NCBI GenBank assembly: GCA_963924565.1
Contig: OZ004613.1
Coordinates: 15,252,001 to 15,316,000 of the forward strand
Direction of reading: 5' to 3'
Length of the DNA stretch: 64,000 nt
From: Ascidiella aspersa
Taxonomy: Eukaryota
A program made the translations under genes and the position numbers. A model generated the notes under the pieces. The model was not told the DNA's origin. It saw nothing but the letters and a program-made list of their open reading frames with translations, and did not search any database. Below, in pieces: positions 56,830-64,000 of this stretch (position 1 is its first letter; each line of letters opens with the position of its first letter).

Positions 56830-58071
56830 ATGAAGGGAACACAAATTGAAGTAACGTGTACAAGCCGAGAAAATGTACTAGAGCTCCAGAACAAGCTTGC
56901 CAAAGTGTCATATCTACGAAATGTGCGTCTTTTCGAGAGTGATGTTATTAATGTGGGTATCGGATGGGTGCCAATTCCTTTCTCTAGTGAAAGTATCGAA
57001 GAAAATCTAAGCTCGCATTTTGGCGAGGTGAAAAAGATGACTCATAGAAAAGATAAACAGGGATTACTGTCAGGCATGAGAATTGCAACCATGAATAAAG
57101 CAGATGTACAAGAAAATCCCATTCCGAGCTACATTTACGTGGATGGGTTAGAATTTTATGTAACCTACCATGGGCAGCAGTTTACATGCAAATACTGTGG
57201 GGAAGCTGGACACAAACAAGTAAAATGTCCGAAAAGGCTGAACGACTTTCCAGAACTCCTAAACCAGGATACAGACAGACAACGGAAAGCGCCGTTAGCT
57301 GCCAGCGCACAGCAAATTAGAACGCCTCTCTCGCCTGGTTCGACTGCTTTGACGCAAAAACAACCTGCAGATCAGACTTGTGCTGATAAGCACTTGCATA
57401 ACGGACAAGCCGCTCCAATGATAACTGATAAGAACGTACACCTGAAGGCTGGCGAAGGAAAAGACGACTCCCAACAAGATTCAAGAAACGAAGCAGCATC
57501 GAACAAGACAAAGTTTTCAACAGCAAACTTCAAGAAACGTCTCCGCACGAGCCCTCCAGCTTTGCCAGATAGCAAATCGCAGAGCCTCTGCGAAGACACC
57601 ATATCTTTGATTTGCTCAAAATGTAAAACGGAAAGCACAATGGCTCCGGATTCCAAGCACTTTCACTGTTACAAGTGCAAGAGTGATTTCAATATAGTAA
57701 AGGCCTGTTGCGAAGATGCTATGTACCTGGTCCCAGCCAAGCAAAGGGAATTCTGTTGCCCAAAATGCCACTCCAGCATGCGGTGGATGCCATGTTGCCA
57801 GGAAATCCAGCCGGAATTTCAAGTGGACGGAGACGTTTTCGAATGCATCCAGTGTGAAAGGTACTCTATTGCTTGTGTATGCAAAACACTTAATGCGGTT
57901 CCAAAGCTCACTACGAGCAAGGAATGTACTAACCACCTGTGTAAGTTTAAACTTGTTAACTGTAGCTGTGGACAAAAGTCAGCACAGCAAATCGAACCTA
58001 GGTGCCCATATAGATGTGCATGTGGCTTTGAATACGAATGGGACATTGACTTAGGAGTAGAGCGGGTGTAA
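56830..58071 (+). CDS. Tx1-type ORF1 (RRM-like region, CCHC knuckle, Cys-rich C-terminal extension)
   Basis: VP..FS.E.I...LS.FGEV; LSGMR; IPSYIYVDG.EFYVTYHGQ.FTCKYCGEAGHKQVKC is the typical Tx1 ORF1 pattern. Confidence 0.9.
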   Translation: MKGTQIEVTCTSRENVLELQNKLAKVSYLRNVRLFESDVINVGIGWVPIPFSSESIEENLSSHFGEVKKMTHRKDKQGLLSGMRIATMNKADVQENPIPSYIYVDGLEFYVTYHGQQFTCKYCGEAGHKQVKCPKRLNDFPELLNQDTDRQRKAPLAASAQQIRTPLSPGSTALTQKQPADQTCADKHLHNGQAAPMITDKNVHLKAGEGKDDSQQDSRNEAASNKTKFSTANFKKRLRTSPPALPDSKSQSLCEDTISLICSKCKTESTMAPDSKHFHCYKCKSDFNIVKACCEDAMYLVPAKQREFCCPKCHSSMRWMPCCQEIQPEFQVDGDVFECIQCERYSIACVCKTLNAVPKLTTSKECTNHLCKFKLVNCSCGQKSAQQIEPRCPYRCACGFEYEWDIDLGVERV

Positions 58072-58118
58072 CTCTCTTAGATGTAAGTGTTTTTTATTTT
58101 TGTTTAATCTTTATACTT

Positions 58119-61100
58119 ATGCCTATTAACATTGCTTCTTTTAATGTTGCCGGTATTCGTGATGGTACCAAACGTAAATCGATCTTTAATTTTATCAGAG
58201 ACAAAAAATATCATATTACGTTGCTGCAGGAGACACATTGTTGCCCCGCGGACGAAAAATTATGGCGGATGGAATGTGGCGGAGAAGTCATATGGGCACA
58301 TGGAACTAAACGTAGTAGAGGTGTGGCTATTTTGTTTTCCAAGCGCCTAACGTATTCAGTAACAGATTTAATCGCTGACCCACTTGGAAGGTTCTTGATT
58401 GCCTCGTTGATAGTTGGGGATAGAAAGATTACACTAACTAATATTTATGGCCCAAACTCTGACAGTCCGACATTCTTTGATAGCGTATTCTCAAACCTAA
58501 TGACGTCAAGCAGCCCTGACCTTATAATAGGTGGTGACTTTAACGTTATACTAAATGAAAAATTAGATAAGAGTACAGGCCCACAGCACGCAAACCGCAA
58601 CTCACGCTCTACTATAAGAGCGCATATGAACACGCTAGGCTTGCATGACGCGTTTCGTGTCTTGCATCCAACAACCCCAAAATATTCCAGGATTCAAATT
58701 AATCCAAAGGTAGCAACGCGTATAGATTTCTTTCTGGTTTCCCAAACACTTATGTGTGATGTTTTTACCACCGACATTGTCCAGGGAATCATGTCAGACC
58801 ACAAAATAGTGACAATTTCTATTAAATTAGCTCCAAGCCTACACGGAACTGGTTATTGGAAGCTTAACAATAACTTATTAGGAGATAAAAAGTACCTCAC
58901 TGTAATTCGTAGTACAATTAAAGATTATAACATAACCAATCCAAAAGGTCATGTCAACCCGCATGTTAGGTGGGACGCTCTAAAAGCAGTTGTACGTGGG
59001 GTATCAATTAAATATAGCTCTGAGTTTAAAAAACAAATTAAGGCCAAACAATATAACTTAGAAAAAGCCATCGGAGATCTCGAACATGAAATAACGACTT
59101 CCACTCAACCCCTATTCAACAAAAATGATGAACTAACAAAACGTAAAAACGAACTTGACATGTTAGTTGAAACTAGAACAAAGGGGGCTATTATAAGGAG
59201 TAGAGCACAGTGGGCAGAGATGGGAGAAAAAAATACAAAATATTTCCTCAATCTCGAAAAAAGACACACCGCTAAAAAGGCAATAAATCGCTTAAATGTG
59301 GGAGACACAATATGCACAGATCAAACGCAGATAATGGAAGAGCTAACAAGTTATTTTGAACAGCTTTACAAGACCAACAACAATAAATACTCACTGCCGG
59401 CAATTAAATCACAGTTAGCTAAATTAAATCTTCCGCAACTAAACACGGAACAGTTTGCCGCAAGCGAACTGCCTATAACTGCACATGAACTACATACAGC
59501 GGTCCTTTGTATGCCAAAAAACAAATCCCCGGGGCTGGATGGGTTTCCGGCAGAGTTTTATCAAGCATTTTGGCCTGAGATTAAAGATATATTCCTCGAC
59601 TCCTGGTCGCATACCGAAAAAACGGGTCGTTTCAGCCCAACGCAATCTCAGGGCGTAGTAACGTTGATTCCTAAACCTAAAAAAGACCATTTGTTTACAA
59701 ACAACTACAGACCAATCACGCTGCTGAATACCGACTATAAAATCGTATCAAAGGTAATTAACAATCGCATTAAGGCAAACTTACAACATCTTGTAAGTCA
59801 CGACCAAAACGGCTTTATCACGGGTAGGTTTATAGGAGATAATCTCAGACTTTTATTTGATATTATGGATCTAACTGACTCTTGCGAGATCCCGGGAGCC
59901 GTGCTATCCCTAGACATATATAAGGCGTTTGACACTGTAGAGTGGGATTTTATATATGAAGCTATGCAAAGCTTTGGTTTTGGAAACAACATTTTACACT
60001 GGCTGCGGTGCTGCTACAACAACCCATCATGTAAAATCACAAACAATAACTTTCTATCCCGGGTATTCGGAATCGAACGTGGTGTGAGGCAAGGCGACCC
60101 ACTCTCCCCTACCCTTTTTGTACTGTGCATAGAGTGCCTGGCCTCAGCACTACGCGCTGATGAATTTGTTGGTATTAAGCTTTTTAATAATGAGTTTAAA
60201 GTATCTCTACTTGCAGATGACACCTTGGTATTCCTTAAGGGTGATCAGGTAGATTTCGACAGAGTTTTTAATGTTCTCGACGAATACGGCCTAATGTCAG
60301 GTTGTAAAATTAACATGAATAAATCACTTGCGTTTTACGTCGGGCCCGGGCGACAGATTAGGACGGAGCGACCCTTTTTAGATAAAGGGTTAGCTTGGCC
60401 TGCAGAATCATTTAGGTATTTAGGCATAGAAGTTCCAATCATGTCACGAGATGATCTTTTTAAACTAAATTTCGGTAACTTCTTAAGCAATATAGGTACA
60501 ATACTTAATGTATGGTCGTCACGAGGGCTCACCCTTTTAGGGCGAATATGTATTCTCAAAAGCCTGGTTATCCCATCACTAATTTATAAAGTCAGCGTCA
60601 TCCCGATCAACCTTCCAAAAAACTTCCTGCGCAAACTCAAAACAAAACTTTTTCAATTTATTTGGGGCTCTAAATGGGAGAGGATAAAACGAACAAAATT
60701 GTGCGCTAGCGTTGCTCAAGGTGGCGCTAACATGATCGATGTGGATGCCTACATCCTCGCGCTGAGTATGAAATGGGTAACAAAACTATTCGATGACAGT
60801 AATAAGGCGCCTTGGAAAAAACTGGAAAGAAGTAGTATAAGCAACAATGAAATAGAATGTTGGCTTCGCGGAAGCCAGTCTGCCCTCTCTCAAAAAGCCC
60901 GAAAACTGATTCCTTTGCAAACTATCAGAAAAACAATTGCGGACTGCAAACAGTTGATTAGCATAATGTTTACAAATCTAAGGGACGGTAGACCGTTGTG
61001 GATTAACGACCAGGTTCAATACCGTAAACAAACCTTTTTTATAAAGACTATGATTAATGCTGGCATATTGGATTACGCGCATCTTATCAACAATACAGAT

Positions 61101-61883
61101 CATTACATGTCTTACGATAACCTCGCCCAATATTACAGCTTTTCCACCAACAATAATGATTATTTAGAACATCTAAAACTAATTTCGGCTATCCCTGGAA
61201 AATGGGACTTGAATGAACCTAGTAACATATCCATGATTGACAACAAGTTGCAGACTTGTACCAAATTTCTCTTAAAACTTGATACAGTTAAAGAAATTTA
61301 TTCACATATTAAAGATGCTGGCTTGTCCCCCCCAGTCAAACAGCAAATCAAGTGGGAACAGATCTTGCAAGTTTTACCAAACCGAATCCCTTGGGACAAA
61401 CTTTACCAAATTAACTACGACTGTACCGTGGAAAACAAACTTAGAAGTTTTCAGATAAAATTAAACCTTAGGGCCATCGTCACCAATGACGCCCTGTGCT
61501 CATTTGGAATTAAAGACTCAGATAAATGTGTTTTCTGCTGCGATGCATTAGAAACTGTAGCGCACGTGTTTTATTTTTGTACCAAAGTAGTAACTTTCTG
61601 GGAAGAAGTAACTGCCTGGATCTCGACGAAACTTCTGATTGATTTACGCCCTGACCCTGTTCATATGTTGTTTGGTGTTGTGGCGGATCAATCTGAAACC
61701 CTTTTGAATTGTTTGTTGTTGTGTGCGCGTTTCGTAATTTACCGCTGTAAGTACGCCGAATCCGTGCCGAATTTCAATATGTTCCTAAATATGGTTAAAT
61801 CTGTTCAGAAGTCGGAACATCTTATCGCCATTCGGAATTGTAAAATTAACGACTTTCTTTGCAAGTGGCAAGGGCTATTTTAA
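58119..61883 (+). CDS. Tx1/L1 ORF2: APE endonuclease + reverse transcriptase + C-terminal CCHC, intact 1254 aa
   Basis: INIASFNVAG, LLQETH, NIYGPN, GGDFN, RIDFF, SDH; KSPGLDGFPAEFY, YRPITLLNTDYK, LDIYKAFD, GVRQGDPLSP, LADD; CVFC....ETVAHVFYFC. Confidence 0.98.
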   Translation: MPINIASFNVAGIRDGTKRKSIFNFIRDKKYHITLLQETHCCPADEKLWRMECGGEVIWAHGTKRSRGVAILFSKRLTYSVTDLIADPLGRFLIASLIVGDRKITLTNIYGPNSDSPTFFDSVFSNLMTSSSPDLIIGGDFNVILNEKLDKSTGPQHANRNSRSTIRAHMNTLGLHDAFRVLHPTTPKYSRIQINPKVATRIDFFLVSQTLMCDVFTTDIVQGIMSDHKIVTISIKLAPSLHGTGYWKLNNNLLGDKKYLTVIRSTIKDYNITNPKGHVNPHVRWDALKAVVRGVSIKYSSEFKKQIKAKQYNLEKAIGDLEHEITTSTQPLFNKNDELTKRKNELDMLVETRTKGAIIRSRAQWAEMGEKNTKYFLNLEKRHTAKKAINRLNVGDTICTDQTQIMEELTSYFEQLYKTNNNKYSLPAIKSQLAKLNLPQLNTEQFAASELPITAHELHTAVLCMPKNKSPGLDGFPAEFYQAFWPEIKDIFLDSWSHTEKTGRFSPTQSQGVVTLIPKPKKDHLFTNNYRPITLLNTDYKIVSKVINNRIKANLQHLVSHDQNGFITGRFIGDNLRLLFDIMDLTDSCEIPGAVLSLDIYKAFDTVEWDFIYEAMQSFGFGNNILHWLRCCYNNPSCKITNNNFLSRVFGIERGVRQGDPLSPTLFVLCIECLASALRADEFVGIKLFNNEFKVSLLADDTLVFLKGDQVDFDRVFNVLDEYGLMSGCKINMNKSLAFYVGPGRQIRTERPFLDKGLAWPAESFRYLGIEVPIMSRDDLFKLNFGNFLSNIGTILNVWSSRGLTLLGRICILKSLVIPSLIYKVSVIPINLPKNFLRKLKTKLFQFIWGSKWERIKRTKLCASVAQGGANMIDVDAYILALSMKWVTKLFDDSNKAPWKKLERSSISNNEIECWLRGSQSALSQKARKLIPLQTIRKTIADCKQLISIMFTNLRDGRPLWINDQVQYRKQTFFIKTMINAGILDYAHLINNTDHYMSYDNLAQYYSFSTNNNDYLEHLKLISAIPGKWDLNEPSNISMIDNKLQTCTKFLLKLDTVKEIYSHIKDAGLSPPVKQQIKWEQILQVLPNRIPWDKLYQINYDCTVENKLRSFQIKLNLRAIVTNDALCSFGIKDSDKCVFCCDALETVAHVFYFCTKVVTFWEEVTAWISTKLLIDLRPDPVHMLFGVVADQSETLLNCLLLCARFVIYRCKYAESVPNFNMFLNMVKSVQKSEHLIAIRNCKINDFLCKWQGLF

Positions 61884-62885
61884 CGCTCACTTCATGTTAC
61901 TCCGAATCCCCAACTGTATTTTAATGCCTTCCTGCTAGTTCGTCGCTTTCTGACATGTGTTTTATCTCGCCTTTTTTTTTTCTTTCGCACTCGGTTTATT
62001 GTGTCGGCTATATAATAATAAAACTTGTCAAGAAAAAAAAAAAAAAAAAAAAAAAAAAACATTAAAGATCTTTGGCGGTAGGTTACTGGAATGTAGTCCG
62101 AATAGCGAAAGCATTCTTAGAATTATATTTTCCCTCATGAAAATTATTTAGTGTCTTTACTTGACGAAGCTTCGAAGTAAAAGTATCTATTTCTTACCTC
62201 CTTGATCGGTTTCCAAAAGTGGGTCATGAATTTCCATTTTCAGGCGGTTGTACATGCATTACAGTCGCCTGCTTCGAAACAGCTAAATCGTAGGATAAAA
62301 AGTGGGTTTATCACATCAAAGTCAATTTTAGAGTAACAAAAGTACTAGGAAAACAAAGTGTTGGCCAAATACCGGGTTATTTTATTTAACTACAGGGTTA
62401 TTTTATATTTACATTAGGGTTGTTTGGTTCTTCGCATTTTTATTCAACGCACTTCAAAAATCACGGTCTATAGTTTACTTAACAGCACGGTAGCGACCCA
62501 GTCTCGACTCCGCGTCCCATAACCCAACTGCGTGCATAACTTAGCGCAGGACGGCTTTAGTGTGTCGGCACCCGTCCCCTAGAACAGGGGCCCGCAAATA
62601 CCTTTTGGCGCGACACAAAATTGCTAGTACCGAGGTCTTGCGACCCGAATACTTCGGGTTCTTTTTAATAATATAGCTTTGCTAAAAAAACACAGTAACT
62701 TATTGTGTTTCTATTTATAAAGACAAACCTGTGTTATGCGTTTTGTTCATTTTGAAAGAGAAAGGGTTGTGCAACACAACTGAAAAAAGCCTTGGGCTTG
62801 ACTACTTGCGATGTCTCATTCGGATGAAAATTTAGCAACCAATATGTGTTCCTGGGGTTGCAGCCCCACCAACTCCCAAAAGTTG

Positions 62886-63437
62886 CAGAGGTCGGCAACC
62901 TTTACCTAGTCGCGGGTAAAACCAAACTCAGCAAGTTCATGGCGGTCCGTATTAAATTTCCATTAAAAATTTTATTATAAAAATTTGTTATAAAGCACTT
63001 ATAATTATTCTTAATCGGGGACGGCCTAAATGTTTGATCAGTTAAAAATGAGTCTAGTTATACTAAAACAGAAAGCAACGCGCGCATCGCAAAAAAATTG
63101 CGTTTGTTTGATTTAAATCGGCAAACCTTTTAATTTACAAAGAGGCGTAACGCAGTTGGCACACAGAAAACGAAACATCAACATATTTATTATACTCTTT
63201 TTGTTAATGTTGATCACGATAGAATACATCAGCGAATTCATTTGGAAGAAATTTATCATGCGCACGTCACCTTATAACTCAAAGTCAAATTAGATACGCG
63301 CGGGGCGCGAACATTTTGTTTTTCGTATAGTTAAATTAAGACAGTTAAAAAGATCGGGCATGGCCTCGTGTACAGTTTGTAAAAAAATTTGCGGGCCGGA
63401 TGATTTTAACCGGTGGGCCGAAGGTTTCCGACCTGTG
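62886..63437. mobile_element. Degenerate hAT-Charlie MITE (same family as 42645-43275)
   Basis: CAGAGGTCGGCAACCT ... AGGTTTCCGACCTGTG; internal similarity to 42645-43275; no TSD. Confidence 0.75.
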
Positions 63438-63498
63438 TTTTAGACACGAAGTTACATTAACACAAGGACGTTAAACAACCCTGCTTTGTACGGCCTAA

Positions 63499-64000
63499 CT
63501 ATATGCGCCAAGCGCAACCAGACTCGAAAACCTGTAAGTGTGCGCCCTAGTTGATACGGGTTCAGCAGTTACCATCATTACGAGAAAAGTGTGGAACTGT
63601 TTGAAAGCAAAAGTTAAACGTAACTTGTCGAAGTCGAAGTGTCCCGAAACCCTGTCATTCGCCAATGCTGACGGCCACAAACTAAATATGGATGGTTTAC
63701 TTCCAGTACAACTTACAGTTGCTGCTAAAGAGTTACGTATGAATGTTTTTGTTTGTGATTCTATTTCATTCGATTGCATTCTTGGAATAGATTTCCTAGA
63801 AACGCAGGAGTGCGCCGTTTGTTACCGAAACAAGATCTTGAAGATCGACAACAGCCGCGCACCTCTACTCGATATGCCATTCAAGCTGGGAAGCCGAGAC
63901 GTCTTTTTTAAAGATAAAGTCCTGATCCCACCGTCCACAGAGGTTTGTGTCCCAGCCTATTTTATTCGTAGTTCTGAACGTCTCCAGTACCTACCCATTC
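63499..64000 (+). mobile_element. Ty3/Gypsy-type retrotransposon pol fragment (aspartic protease), runs off the window
   Basis: Frame from 63538: VCALVDTGSAVTII...FANADG...VFVCDSISFDCILGIDFLETQ (DTG and ILG.DFL motifs). An in-frame TAA lies just upstream. Confidence 0.85.

Larger units (their letters stand above)
56830..62059 (+). mobile_element. Young Tx1/L1-clade non-LTR retrotransposon, probably slightly 5'-truncated
   Basis: ORF1, 47-nt spacer, ORF2, 3'UTR, AATAAA (62017-22), poly(A) 62033-62059. Candidate 7-bp TSD CATTAAA (56823-29 / 62060-66). Confidence 0.95.

Noticed and set aside
57295-60559. Minus-strand ORFs within the Tx1 element
   Set aside because: Antisense shadows of long coding frames with no recognisable motifs.

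Overview
AT-rich, intron-containing animal DNA, probably a marine invertebrate; a tunicate is plausible but not provable from this window. Host genes: (1) the last exons of a MAM-domain protein (+, 12-1556); (2) a 17-exon alpha-carbonic anhydrase gene (-, 13555-2311) that splices in frame into one 655-aa type I membrane protein with two complete CA domains, both with intact catalytic motifs; (3) VPS54 (-, ~41883-16364, ~19 coding exons) with an extra low-complexity segment carrying three NPF motifs. The rest is mostly transposable elements: a decayed L2/CR1-group LINE hit by three hAT insertions; a Penelope-like GIY-YIG element with an inverted terminal repeat and two minimal hammerhead ribozymes; many hAT MITEs, each with its own subterminal motif array; an intron-containing hAT pseudogene; an intron-containing Merlin/IS1016-like transposase; a young Tx1/L1-clade LINE with intact ORF2 and an ORF1 ending in a 22-Cys domain; and a Gypsy protease fragment at the right edge. 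Top candidates for novelty: the tandem double-CA membrane protein, the Cys-rich Tx1 ORF1 tail, the hammerhead palindrome in a VPS54 intron and the NPF insert in VPS54. All exon models were read by eye from GT-AG sites and phases, and no database searches were run.
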